Assembly: GCA_964016885.1 (NCBI GenBank)
Contig: OZ024759.1
Span: 24,800,001 to 24,864,000, forward strand
DNA from: Eledone cirrhosa
Lineage: Eukaryota
Direction: 5' to 3'
Length of the DNA: 64,000 bases
Positions 1 to 12,869 of the stretch are shown here, one piece after another. Numbering within the stretch: position 1 is the first letter of the stretch; each line of letters opens with the position of its first letter. Below the pieces are notes generated by a model, which worked only from the letters and a program-made list of their open reading frames with translations, did no database searches and was not told the DNA's origin. A program made the position numbers and the translations under genes.

Positions 1-328
1 AGTAAGTGACCTTCAGCTATTTATTTACTCGTTTTTTTTTTATTCTTTCATTCTTTTACTGCTCTCGGTCATTAGACTGCAGCCAAGTTGGGGCACAACC
101 TCAAATAGATTTAAACGACCGTATCGGTTACAGTATTTATATTTTCAAGACCGGTAATACTTTTTTTATCAAACAATTTTAAAACGTTTTTACTTTTTTT
201 TCTTGTCAAAGTTATGGAACATGAGCACGGACACAAGCGTAAACATAGATACTCACACATACATATTTATGCACACTCACACACATGCACGCGTCACATA
301 TATATATATGTGAATCTCCATGTTAAAA

Positions 329-418
329 CGTATCTGAGGAGTTTCCGATTCCAGAGTCAGGTTCGATCATTAATAGATTGTTCCTTGAGCTGATCGACAG
401 TGAAACATATGTAATATG
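329..418 (+). ncRNA. Type I hammerhead ribozyme motif (Penelope-like element type, degenerate helix II)
   Basis: CTGAGGA at 334-340, GAAA at 402-405, minimal helix III C-ATAT-G with a palindromic loop, GTA cleavage triplet at 411-413, helix I cgtat(329-333)/atatg(414-418). The related copy at ~43080-43150 suggests a helix II consensus of gttgccgat/atcggcaat. Confidence 0.6.
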
Positions 419-490
419 TAATTAAATATCTATATGATGCAACACTGATTCTTTGTTCCCTTACATATTAATACTATATATATATATATA

Positions 491-822
491 TATAATAATA
501 ATACAAGGACGAATAGTTACTCCTTCGTTATGTTTATTGGTTGGTGACATGTGTTTCACTACTGATCAGCTCAAGGTTCGATCTGTATCGATCTAACCCG
601 ACTCTGGAATCAAAAACTCGATAGATCGATACAGATCGAACCTTGAGCTGATCAGTAGCGAAACGCACATCACCAACCAATAAACGTAATGAAGGAGTAA
701 CCATTTGTCCTTGTATTATTATATTACACTCTGTCTAGCTCTACACCTCGATACTGACGTAAAACTAAACATCGAGTGCTCACCCGGGTGAATCTACAGT
801 AACTCCGCATTACACTCCCTGG
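491..822. mobile_element. Penelope-like pseudo-LTR remnant with inverted duplication, inserted in (TA)n
   Basis: ~100 bp inverted arms (~491-593 and ~622-723) carrying a hammerhead 3' half (ctgatcagtagcGAAAc...); related copies at ~20900-21100 and ~58730-58860. Confidence 0.55.
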
Positions 823-930
823 ATATATATATATATATATATACTCGTTCCTATTAGCCACTCTACTACACTAAGTATTGAGTACTTTAGTGCGTTATGG
901 TCCATCTGGTTCCTTACCACATTTCCTTCG

Positions 931-989
<59 letters not shown>

Positions 990-1785
990 AGGCTTCTGCA
1001 GTTTCTGCCTACCAAATGCCACTGAAAACCTGTTAAATGTACAATATAGCAAGAAGGAATCCTGACCCTCATAGTTGTGAAGCAAATTCTTTAAACTGGG
1101 GGGTTTTTTCTGTATTTTTTCAGCTATTTTACTGCATTTATTTATTTAATTTCATTGTTAGTCTTTTACTATTTTAGGACAGTAAAAAAAAAACAATACT
1201 GGCATTGTTATCATCAACTAAATCTCTTCAAAGTGGTGCCCCAGCATGGCCATAGTCTAATGACTCAAACCAGTAAAAGAGCAAAAGAATACAAAGAAAC
1301 GCTACAGAAAATGTTTCGGAACACATCTTGAATATAATTGTATTTTTGTTTTATTCAGGGAATTTAACTTTTTATTTTCATTCTGGAGAATGGCAAGAGA
1401 TCAGACATAAAAACATTTTATAAGTTCAGGGATCTTCTTGTTTAAACACCTGTGTGAGTATTAGTAGTAGTACTAGTAGTAGTAGTTGATGTTGATGTTG
1501 TTCTTAATGTTCTTGTTGTTCTTGTTGATGATGTTGTTGTGACAGAAATTATAAGAAATAATGTGTGGTTTGGTGTGGTGGGGATTGGTAGAATAATTGT
1601 TTCTGCTTTTGGCACAAGACCAGCAATTATCCCAGTGCATTACTGGTACTTTATTGTATCAATCCCGTATGGATCAAAGGCAAAGTTAGCCTCGGCAGGA
1701 TTTGAATTCAGACAGTTAAGGGCCGTAACTCTATGTTGTAGAGCGTGGCGCCCAACCCTCTACTGATACTGCTATCATCATCATT

Positions 1786-2133
1786 TCATTTTTCATCATC
1801 ATTTCATTTTTTACGTCCACTTTTTCCCTGCTTGCAAGGGTGGGACTGGAACTGATTCTGGCTTGATTTCTACAGCTGGATGCCCTTCCTAACACCAACC
1901 TCATTTACAGTGAGTGCTGGGTGCTTTTTTGTTGTGGCACCTCCACGATCACTTTACAGTGGAATGATAGGGACCCCAGTCCCTATCATCTCATTTCTAC
2001 AGCTGAGTAAACTGGAGCAATGTGAAATAAAGTGTCTTGCTCAAGGAAACAACACATCACCCGGTCTGAGAATTGAACTCACAACCTTTCGATTGCAAGG
2101 CCAATGCTCTAACCACTGAGCCATGTGCCTCCA
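1786..2133 (-). mobile_element. tRNA-derived composite SINE with RTE-type (CAT)n tail
   Basis: Reverse complement of 2655-2985: tRNA-like head, ttgagcaagacact core, ggttggtgttaggaagggcatccagc domain, tgatgatg tail. Confidence 0.8.
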
Positions 2134-2251
2134 TGCTAATTCATAATAATGTTTTCTAGTTTAGGCACTGGGCCAGCAATTTTGTGGGGGAGAGGAAAGT
2201 CGATTAAATCGTCCCTCAGTGCATTATTGGTACATTATTTTATCAACCAGG

Positions 2252-2630
2252 TCAAACGCCTTGGTGAGGTCAATAAAAGCAATATACAGGGGCATGTTCT
2301 GTTCCCTGCACTTCTCTTGGAGATGGTGGAGGGAGAATAACATGTCTACTGTTGATCAGATTGGAAGCCACTATGTGATTCTGGGTACACACACTCTGTC
2401 AGCTTCTGCAGGTAGATCAAGATGACCCATGTGTATACCTTGCCTACAGTGTTGAGAAGGGAGATGCCTTTGTAGTTGTTGCAGTCACTTCTTTCACCCT
2501 TGTTCTTGAGAGAGTGATGATCTTGGCGTCCGTCATGTCCTGTGGCACAGCACCTTCTTCTCAGCACTGACAGAGGTCCTCATGTAGTGGCCACAGTTGG
2601 GTAGTCCAGCATTGCTTGATCAGGTCTGGA
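2252..2630 (-). mobile_element. Degraded RTE-clade LINE reverse transcriptase fragment
   Basis: KGERSDCNNYKGISLLNTVGKV...YPESHSGF and a downstream AFIDLTKAFDLV-like segment; frameshifted. Confidence 0.75.
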
Positions 2631-2654
2631 GAAATATATATATATATACACATA

Positions 2655-2985
2655 TGAAGGCGCATGGCTTAGTCGTTTAAACATTGGCCTTGCAATCAAA
2701 AGGTTGTGAGTTCAATTCTCAGACCGGGTGATGTATTGTTTCCTTGAGCAAGACACTTTATTTCACATTGCTCCTGTTTACTCAGCTGTATAAATGAGAT
2801 GATAGGACTGGGGTCCCTAACATTCCACTGCAAAGTGGTCGTGGAGGTGCCACAACAAAAAAGCACCCAGCACTCACTGTAAATGAGGTTGGTGTTAGGA
2901 AGGGCATCCAGCTGTAGAAATCAAGCCAGAATCAGTTCCCGTCCCACCCTTGCAAGCAGGGAAAAGCGGACATAAAATGATGATG
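2655..2985 (+). mobile_element. tRNA-derived composite SINE (same family as 1786-2133)
   Basis: Box A-like tggcttagtcgt and box B-like gagttcaattc, with the same core and tail; flanked by (TA)n. Confidence 0.8.
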
Positions 2986-3894
2986 ATATATATATATATA
3001 TATAGTTCAAGGAAACAACAAAACAGAGATACAAAAAGTCTTATTAATTTCATGCTTTATATGGAAAAGAGGAAAGAAATTTCGTCATGTCGGGCTTTAG
3101 CCCTTCAGGAGTACAAAAATAGACAGGATCACAAAGGATACAGAAAATAAAAGGTAGTCAAAGTAAAAAAAAGACGAAAATAATGGACTTCCACACAGTT
3201 TCCCTCTACAAAATTGGGCAATCTAAGATTACAGTAGAAGACAGGGGCTGAATATAAAGTGAAATGTGGTTACGAAGTGAACTCCTTTACCACACAACCT
3301 TGCCTGTGTTTATAATATATAAAGTATCTCATTAACTTCTGTCTTACTTCTTATCTCTTCACACCTAATTATATCCTTCAATGTGATTTTCAACCTTCTC
3401 CTTCTCATGGCACATTGTATTGCTCTCATTATCTTCTTTACTTTCCATGTCCTGCTTTGCATAATTGACTCTTTCCTTACAATATTTCTAATGAAAGAAA
3501 CACGAGCCACCCCTATCCCCATCCTACCCCCCACCCACACACACCCATAAAATGCACTCCATCTGCACACGCATAACAACACCTGCGATATACCGCAACT
3601 TTCCAACTCGGGGGCCCCCACCCTCACATGCCAGCTTTCTTACCTACCCTCCCAGCTTTCTTAAAACTATTTTGTTCCCTGCCATGGACTTCCCTTGAAA
3701 ATGGATGGCAAATCCAAAGATATTTGGGATCAATAGAATTGCTAAGCTAAAATTCTACCATTTTCACTCTTTTTCTATGTTCTCTTGTCCTATTTTCTCT
3801 AATTCTTTTTACCTTGGAACTTATAATCTCATACACATTGTCAGACCTCCAAATAATTAAACTAATACCATAGTTATATATATATATATATATA

Positions 3895-4237
3895 TCATCA
3901 TCATCATTTTACGTCCGCTTTTCCCTGCTTGCAAGGGTGGGACGGGAACTGATTCTGGCTTGATTTCTACAGCTGGATGCCCTTCCTAACACCAACCTCA
4001 TTTACAGTGAGTGCTGGGTGCTTTTTTTCCGTGGCGCCTACACGTCCACTTTTCAGTGTGGGCTGAGTGCTTTTGTGCTGTGGCACCTCCACAACCACTT
4101 TGCAGTGGAATGTTAAGGACCCCAGTCCCTATCATCTCATTTCTACAGCTGAGTAAACTGGAGCAATGTGAAATAAAGTGTCTTGCTCAAGGAAACAAGA
4201 CATCACCCAATGCTCTAACCACTAAGCCATGTGCCTC
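3895..4237 (-). mobile_element. Third copy of the composite SINE
   Basis: Near-identical to 1800-2133, with an internal deletion in the head and an extra internal module. Confidence 0.8.
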
Positions 4238-4550
4238 TATATATATATATATATATAATGTGTGTGTGTGATATGGTCCCATAACTCCTGGGGGAGTTGT
4301 ATTGACATATGGGCCTTTTCTTAAAACCTGGTGTAGCCCATCTCCTCTCCAGGTCTGAATACAGCAGATTTCTTCCAGAGAAGGATAGAAAGTGAGAGAG
4401 AGGTATAGAGGAAGAATCAACCCCAGTACTAAACTGGTACTTATCATCAAAAGCATGAAATTTGGTCTCGGTGGGATATGAACTCAGAGAGCAGGAATGA
4501 ATACCATAAAGCATTCTATCCTATATTCTAACAACTCTGCCAATTCACCG

Positions 4551-4605
<55 letters not shown>

Positions 4606-4607
<2 letters not shown>

Positions 4608-5345
4608 GTTGCTCTGGCAATGCGGCTGGACTGCCGATCGCTATATTTGATTTGCAAAGCTTTCTAAACATATTGTTATTACTCTGGGGCATTATTCTCC
4701 ATTGAGTGCTAAAGCTACATTCCGAATTTGCATTCGTTAGCTTAGCCGCAGCCTAAAGCTTCGTTAATGCTATACTAAAATTTGTATTTTAACTCATAGA
4801 ATTAACGATTAACTGATTAATTTAATTAGACAATTCTATTGATTGATTAATTGTTTGTTTGATAACTTCTGGTTGAGTGCTTAATTCGGTTTGTCTAAGG
4901 GAATTTCATTCCTTTGTCTCAAATTTCGAATTCACTGCCAAAATCAAAATAGGGGTTACCTCCCTTGGAGAAAACCACGTGTCTATAGCGAAATTTACTG
5001 CTAGAACACAAGACTTATTGACGAAGTAAATCCTTTGTTCTGTCGTGAAAGGCCATTAACTTGCAGACTCCTGCAAGCAGAATTAGTCGATCTCGGATTT
5101 ACAGAAACCTAGCTTGGATGTTGTATGTTATATGTGATGTATATCGTATGCTATACGATATGCATTATGTATTGCATTCGGTCTCCATGTGATGGTCCAG
5201 GTCAGTCAAAAATCTTTTTCTGAGTCCAGTCTTTTTCGTTGCTATGGCAATACGGCTGGACTGCTGATCGCTATATTTGATTTGCAAAGCTTTCTAAACA
5301 TATTGTTATTACTCTGGGGTATTATTCTCCATCAAGTGCTAAAGC
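4606..5345. mobile_element. Small element with ~105 bp direct terminal repeats inserted in (TA)n
   Basis: ttcgttgct(c/a)tggcaat...gtgctaaagc repeated at ~4606-4715 and ~5235-5345; (TA)n on both sides; no coding capacity. Confidence 0.6.
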
Positions 5346-5468
5346 ATATATATATATATATATATATATATATGCTTGCCTTCATTCGTATGGTGTCAGT
5401 AAAATAATGCACTGGTAATATGCTGGGATAATTGCTGGCCTTGTGCCAAAAGTAGAAACAATTAATAG

Positions 5469-5504
<36 letters not shown>

Positions 5505-5947
5505 ATATGACATGATGAGAGCTTCTCTCACCTTACCAAAGATAATAGTGTATTACTCAACTATAAGCACCTATATATATAATATACACACACACACACA
5601 TAGATATAAATAAATATATGATGATGATCATATATATATAATATAGATTAACAAGGATTTTAATTAAATCATTTAATTGATTACGACTGTTTCATTTAGC
5701 TAACAAGGATATTCCAATCCTGTTAGATTAAGCTCATTAGAATTGATTAGATACAAATAACATATACCTTACATGCCGATGAATTTCAATATAAATATTG
5801 TTGACAATGAGTGTTTCAGTTGTTTGAACAACAGAACAGCCTACTTGTGAAATCAATGGACTTGTGGCACATGCACCCTTCATGTAGTTCTTGGGGAGAT
5901 TCAGTGAGTTACAGAGTATGTGACAAGGCTGGCTCTTTGAAGATATA

Positions 5948-5980
<33 letters not shown>

Positions 5981-5984
<4 letters not shown>

Positions 5985-6055
5985 CTCAGCCGGTAGAGCA
6001 TCAGACTTTTACAGATTCAAATGTGAAGGTATCTGAGGCTCGCGGGTTCATGTCC
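5981..6055 (+). pseudogene. tRNA-Lys(TTT)-derived pseudogene or SINE head with a 19-nt intron
   Basis: TAGCTCAGCCGGTAGAGCA TCAGA CT TTT A [cagattcaaatgtgaaggt] A TCTGA GGCTC GCGGG TTCATGT CC; acceptor stem missing. Confidence 0.75.
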
Positions 6056-6143
6056 AACTGGTTATATCAACGGCTAGTGTCAGACTGGAACTAGCTGTTG
6101 AAATGGCAAGAGCTCAGCTGCCGAGTCTCGACTCTTTAAAATA

Positions 6144-6179
<36 letters not shown>

Positions 6180-8289
6180 CCTGTCTAACCCATGCTAGCG
6201 TGGAAGAACGGACGTAAAACGGTGATGATAACGAGAGGAAAATATAGGATAACAAGGCAATATGATGCAATACATTGGTTTTTAATATAATATACGTTGG
6301 TTTTTGATATAATAGGAAAAAACTTACTATTTCAGATGTTTGTCCATCATTGAAAGATAGTGTAAGGAGTATGAAAACAGAAAAAAAGGTTAGGCAGAAA
6401 GAAAACATAGGTGTAGATAGTCAGTCTTTCATGATGGGCTTCTTTTTTTTTCTCTCTACCAAATGTCATTCACAAGGCATTGATCAACCTCAAGCTAGAG
6501 TAGGAGAAATCTAGCTAAAGTGTGATTTAGTGGAACTGAACCCTACACTATATGGCTGCAAAGCTAACATCTTGACCTCTTCAGTGCCGTAGACAAGATA
6601 ACTCATCCTAACATGTTTCAACTCATTTCCAACAGTTCATAACTTCAAAGTTATGAACTCAGTTCCAACAGTTCATAACTTCAAAGCTAGATGGGGTTAC
6701 CAGTTTATTGATGTGATGTTTGTCAATCAAAATAGTCATTTTACTGGGGGGAAAAAACCCAGCACAGCAACTGTAGCGGTGTAAAATATACATGGCAGTC
6801 AACGGGTTAACTACACAGCCATGCCTATACATTATATCAAATGGCATTATCACAGCTGTTATATGAAGATAAGTTCATCATTGTCACACAAACTTTAATG
6901 TCACTGCACTTTATGATAGATTTACTCTTAAGTCTTTTAAAATGCAGCAATCTTCTCAAGAAGATTAATTACAAAAGTAATTAATACAAGCTTAAAATGT
7001 CAAAAGATTTACAAGTATGAAACAATTTGGTAATTGATGCCAAGCATAGTATAAGTATGGTGGAGGCATATGGCCTAGTGGTAAGGGTGTTGGACTTATG
7101 ATTATAATGAGAACCATCAGTATCTGGGGGTTTAACCCTGTTTTGGACTGGCATTGCGTCCAGAGTGAGTCATGTACTCTGTTGTTTCACACCACAGAAA
7201 CCAGAATAAGCACTGGACTGATGTATGTATATATATATATATACATACATAGTCCAGAAATAGCCGTCGAAACGGCTTGAGCTCTGCTGTCGGGGTCATA
7301 CTTTTTCCTATATATATATATATATTTCATTTTTGAATTTGTTTTGCAAGATTTCTTTTCTCAAAACATGTCTTGAAACAGATATTGTTATACTTTGGGA
7401 GGGTCGTGCTGCCAATAAAAACACTCCCACTGTTGGTTTTCACTTCAATTTATTATAAATTTCTGGTTGGTTCGATAACCGGACGGTTGTTTATATATTG
7501 TCAAAGCTCGTTCGTCACACATCTGTGACCTCCTCAGTAACTGGGTTTTTATTTTGTTCTGTCCTACACCATCTTGTTTTTGTGTTATGTGCTATGTGCT
7601 TGGTTTGTGCAGCACAAAACCAAGCACACAAGATTGATAAAATAAATACTAGACTTGAAAAAATATGTAGAGGAGTCAAAATTATTCAAGTAGGCTATGT
7701 AGCCAGTAAACTCTGAAGGGGTGCAGCACACATCACTATAGCGTTTCACCAGCCCCTTCCTTCTGTTGTCTGTATCTGTTTATGTATTTACATGTAGATG
7801 TGTGTGTATGTAATTAATGCAAACGTACATTACAAATGTTTTTTTAACAATTGATGGTGGAAAAAATTTCAGATTTTTTTAACAATTGTCTTAACTTGGG
7901 CCGCATCTCATGGTGTCTGACACTTTTACTGGCTACATAACCTGTTCCAAAATGATTAACTAAAATCCCTTTATGGTGATGCCCCAGCTTGGTCGCAGTC
8001 TAACGACTGAAAAAACTAAATGAGTAATTGAAGAGTTCAAGAAATTTACTATTATTTTGACCTTTGACATGTACAGCTGTACTTTATGAATTATTGTCAG
8101 GTATGAGCATAATATATTCCTTGTCAGGCTGTCTATTTAGACAGAACAGACAAACAAGTATCTAGATAAACAAACGAGCCAACAGATAGATACACACCAA
8201 ACAGGCAGCCTTTTAATGTGGTGGCACAACTTGTTAGAGTCAATGGTCACCAGATCACCCTCAAATTATATCCACCCTACCACTTTAAA

Positions 8290-8629
8290 TCGGAGGTTCT
8301 CAATGTGGGCGCTACCATCCCCTGGTGGGGTGTTGAGAAGGTCAAGGGGATAGTGGAGGGTAGGGGTGTGCTAGAGATGATATAATAGTATATTAAATAT
8401 CAAATGATACATATTATATATAAATATAGTAAAAAATATATATATGATATTAATTTATACATAGTATATATTATATTATTTATTATATAGAAATTAACGA
8501 TTTTATTTATTATATATTATTTACAATTTGCATGTAGGCAAGTCTCTCTGAAAATGAGGGGGCGCGGACAATGATGGTATTATGTGGCCTTGAGGTGGTG
8601 CGGATAACCAAAAATGTTTGAGAACCTCT
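8290..8629. mobile_element. Non-autonomous TIR DNA element (hAT-like MITE)
   Basis: TIRs c(g/a)gaggttctcaa / ttgagaacctctg; imperfect 8-bp flanks ctttaaat/gcttaaat; second copy at 34323-34628. Confidence 0.6.
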
Positions 8630-8869
8630 GGCTTAAATGAATAAAGTTAGCATTTACAATGTAAAGTACCAGTAATGCACTGGGATAATTGCTGGCCTTG
8701 TGCCAAAAGTAGAAACAATTATTTGTGTTTTCTTTGATATACACGTCTAAATGTGATTAATAAGGGCACTTATTCCTTGATATGTATAGCCACAGACTGG
8801 ATTCAAACTAGAAACTATTATTACTAAACTAAAGGTAATAACATTCCAATCCACGAAGCCAATAATAAG

Positions 8870-8990
8870 TGAAGGTGTGTGGCTGAGTGGTTAGAGCACT
8901 GGATTCGCAATCGTGATGTTGTCTGTTCGATTCCTGGACCGGGCGATGCGTTATGTCCTTGAGCAAGACACTTCATTTCACATTGCTTCT
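8870..8990 (+). mobile_element. tRNA-derived SINE 5' part
   Basis: tggctgagtggttagagc (box A), gttcgattcc (box B) and the gtccttgagcaagacact core; further copies near 10120-10350(-), 11260-11510 and 23326-24050. Confidence 0.75.
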
Positions 8991-9522
8991 TCTACCTGGA
9001 GTTGCGACCAATAGATAGTATTAATAATTGGAAAGACCAACGGAAACCTTGTTTCCTCGGTCCGATTTGACGAAAGTCAATCGCCAATTTTTTTACCATG
9101 TAGTCTATGATATGCGCAGTTAAAACTCAATGGTCATGGGGCAACTTTATTGATTGGTCAGCTCAACCAGACCTGATCTAAGGATAAACAACAACCATAA
9201 CAGATAGATAGGCAATTTTTTTTTTGGTGGGGGGGGGGGGTATTATTTAAAAAAATATTTATTTACTTCTTAACCTTTTTTTTTAGGGAATATTTCATGT
9301 TTTGGATGGGGCCTTCTCAGTACAGCATCTCTCCATTTTTTGTGTTTCTTTATCATCTCTTCTGTGAGCTTTAGCATTCAGGTGTTCCTTGGTTTTCCTC
9401 TACTGCAGCTTCCTTCAACTGGGATTACTTGGCACTTCTTCACCCATTAGCCATGCTCATCACATGTCCATACCAATACAGTCTCCTCTCCTACATACTA
9501 CTTAATAATTTTAAGTTGTGTA

Positions 9523-9714
9523 TTAACCCTTTAGCATTTAAACCGGCCAGCTTCTTTCACCTCTTTCTGTTCAAAACGGCTGTAACCGGCTGCTCTTACT
9601 TATGTTAAGGTATTGTTCTGAAAGTAAATAACATCAAAATCTCATAGATCTGATATGTGAGATAATTATGAAAATACAATAGTAAATACAGTAATGTAAA
9701 TGCTAAAGGGTTAA
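9523..9714. mobile_element. piggyBac-like MITE
   Basis: TTAA-CCCTTTAGCATTTA ... TAAATGCTAAAGGG-TTAA terminal inverted repeats with a TTAA target site. Confidence 0.7.
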
Positions 9715-10962
9715 GCAGCTGAAGCAACTCAATAATTTATATAATGTGTATAGGTACTACAGATTAGAATGTGGTTAGTGTCAAAGGAAAGAATCACAGG
9801 TCAGGTTTTATAGACAAAGACAACCAGCAGAAGACCCAGACGTAGACAACAAGAAGATGATTGGATAATATCCATAACTTTGGTTGGTTTCACTTGGGAA
9901 TTCAGCCAGATCATTTGGAGACAGTTGCTTCCTTCCAACAAGACACTCTGGAAAACATATTTGATGACTCAGCCCTCACGACCCTGTTGGGTATAAGTAG
10001 GTGAAGAAAATATATACAGTTCAGAAGTAACCAACACTGCATAAATGTTTATATAAATTTGCAGTCACACTTACCTCAATACTAAAAGTCTGTCTTGAGC
10101 TTGGAGACTCATCAGGCCACTACTTATCCCGGTTTCCGACTGAGAGTACACGACTCGCCCCTGGACAGGATGCCAGTCCATTGCAGAGTTAACCCAGCAA
10201 ATATTGCTGGTACTCATTTACAGCTGAGTATACTGGAGCAACAGGAAATGCAGTGTTTTACTCAAGAACACAACACACAACCTAATCTGGGAATTAAACC
10301 CATGACATTATGATCATAAGCCTAACACCCTTACCACTAGGCCACATACCTCCACAACCTCAATGCTGTATATACAGATATAAATTTACTGTATACTTTT
10401 GCTGCTTAGCACTAATAATATGCAAATTAGTATGCCCATTTCAGGATACTACTGTAAATAATAGGGTATATAAAGCGCTCGGTTACATATTTCTTTGTGG
10501 TTGTTTAGATGATATACATTCAGATTCGAGAATCAATTTATTTTTCCAACTTACAGAGAAAAAACGTATATTTGGCATGTGTACTATATAATTTTGTTTG
10601 TTTTTCTTTTGGATCTGTAGCCCCTGAGGGAGTGGAAAGTGCACTATATTGACATATGGCATTTTAAAACTTGGCAGAGCCCATCTCCTCTCCAGGTCTG
10701 AATGTAGCAAATTTCTTAGAGAGAATAGAAGTGAGAAAGAGATATAGAGGAAGAATCGACCCCAGTACTAGACTGGTACTTTTTATTGACCTTGAATGAA
10801 TAAAAGGCAAAGGTGACCTCGGGTTTACTATATACTCGATGTGTAAATGTATATATATATATGCATTTACAAATCTTGGTTACCTCTTATACAGTATATA
10901 TATTCATTATAAATAAAGAATTTATAGGCTGTAAATGAGGAAAATTTATTTTATATTTTCAG

Positions 10963-11050
10963 GGGGTCAGCTTTCCTGCTATGCATACAGTGTGGGGCAA
11001 CTGGGCCCCTCCTTTGGAACGTACCAAATTATTATCATTTACATACGCAG
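10963..11050 (+). CDS. SLC17-family (sialin-like) anion transporter, first visible internal exon
   Basis: ttttcag|GGG...GCA G|gtaag; encodes [30 protein letters not shown], matching the SLC17 motif (sialin [24 protein letters not shown]). Confidence 0.95.
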
Positions 11051-12692
11051 GTAAGTGTTTTTTTCTTGTCCAGCTGTTTCTTCTCTATTCCAAGAATGTG
11101 AATATATTCTACTTCCTCATATGGTCGAACCCATGCTAACTCAGTGGAGTGGATGTAAAATCATTTCTATTTTAGGCACAATGTCAGCAATTTGACCACA
11201 AAGCCACATGCCTACACAATATATGATAAAGCAGGCATAAAAATGGTGGTCATGTGAAAACATGGGGTCTATTAGTTATAATGTTGGACTAAAGATCATA
11301 ATGTTGTGGGTTCAATTCCTGGATCAGGTAGTGCATTGTGTTCTTGAGCAAAACACTTCATTTCACATTGCTCCAGTATACTCACTTGAAAATGAGTACC
11401 AAGCAGTAGCTGGGAGTTAACCATGGGATTGGTTGGTGTCTAGTAGCTTAACACTGATGAAACTAAGATAAGCACTGGCCTCATAAACTTCAAGACTTGT
11501 TACAGACTTTAACTTATTTATGATGATGATGATAATTTAATTGTAGTAGTAACATATATATTTGAATATAAGCCAACCCCACTACTTTATGACTGTACTC
11601 GAATATGTCGACCCCACTATTTTATGTCTGTACTCGAATATAAGTCAACCTGACTATTTTATATCTGTACTCGAATATAAGCCAACCCACGATTTTTATG
11701 TCTTGAGAATTGGGCAAAAATCCAAAGCTTATTTATGTAGAATTTGAAGTTGGTGAAAATTATCAAAATATTGACCCCAAATATAAGCTGACCCCATTTT
11801 ACATTGATTATTCTTTTTTTGTTCACATATTCCCTGGCTTATACTCAAGTATATATGGTAATTGTTTGAGTCATCAATCTTAATGAAGAACATGCTGATA
11901 TTTTAGAGGTTGACAGATGGTAGCTAATAAACCATATGTTACATGTAGCACCATGACATGAAGGATTAAACATTGAAAGATTTGTCACTATGAAGGGCAC
12001 TGCTTTGTACAACAGGTGTTGTATTGCCCTTTAATGTATTCTAAACTTGACATTATGCTGCAAAAGTTATGACGGATGAAAGTTTCGTAATTAACACTGA
12101 ATAATTTATTTTTGCATGTCACCTCTAGTCCACCATATAAGATACTCGTGTTGGTGCCATGACAAAAGAACACCTAGTTCCTCACTGTAAGGTAACGTGA
12201 CAAAAGAGCAGCCAGCTCACACTCTAATGTGGTTGTCTTGGACCCACATCAAAAAACACCCAGTCTACACTGTAAAGTAGTTATGTTGGTGACATGACAA
12301 AAAGCATCCAGTTCTCACTCTAAAGTGGTCATGTTGGTGACAACAAAAAACACCCAGTCTACCTCTTAGCTAGGATACCAGCTGCAACTTGATAACATCT
12401 GTCTTCCCCATTTTGTGGTTATTGCTGTCCATGTTCGGCTTGCCACATTTAGGAAGGTGGGTGGCCCGCATTGGTTTGCCAAATTTGGAGGGTGGGTTGT
12501 GCATTGGTTTAGCACATAACAAAAATAATTCTTAAATAAAATTATAATGGATAGTTTTAATATATGTATGAACACTTTAAAAGTGGCAATTTGAGTATCA
12601 TTGAACCAGAGGCAGTTTCAGATGGTTTGGTATTGAAAGTGTTAATTAATTTTTTTTTTTTTAAATTCCTATTTTTTGTTTCTTTGTTTCAG

Positions 12693-12788
12693 GAACCTTT
12701 CTTGGAAATGTCATAACCTTCCCAATATCTGCATTACTTTGTGAGTATGGATTTGGTGATGGTTGGTCTTCAGTTTTTTATATATTCG
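12693..12788 (+). CDS. SLC17-family transporter exon
   Basis: tttcag|GA ACC...TTC G|gtaag; (G)TFLGNVITFPISALLCEYGFGDGWSSVFYIF(G); phase 1-1 fits the neighbouring exons. Confidence 0.95.
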
Positions 12789-12869
12789 GTAAGACTGATA
12801 TATTTACTTATTTATTTATTTAATCAATTTAACTATCTATATAGAGCTAAAATGCCATGACAGACTTGG

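Noticed and set aside
1359-1410. Possible upstream SLC17 exon after ttttattcag (EFN...)
   Set aside because: Does not continue into the expected W...QG.ILGSFFYGY motif and hits a stop; no upstream exon was recognised in 1-10962.
5680-5750. Additional hammerhead-like motif on the minus strand (CTAATGA...GAAACAGTCGTA); similar relics at ~3080-3112 and ~50990-51010
   Set aside because: Core or helix I is mutated or incomplete; treated as decayed relics, not ribozymes.
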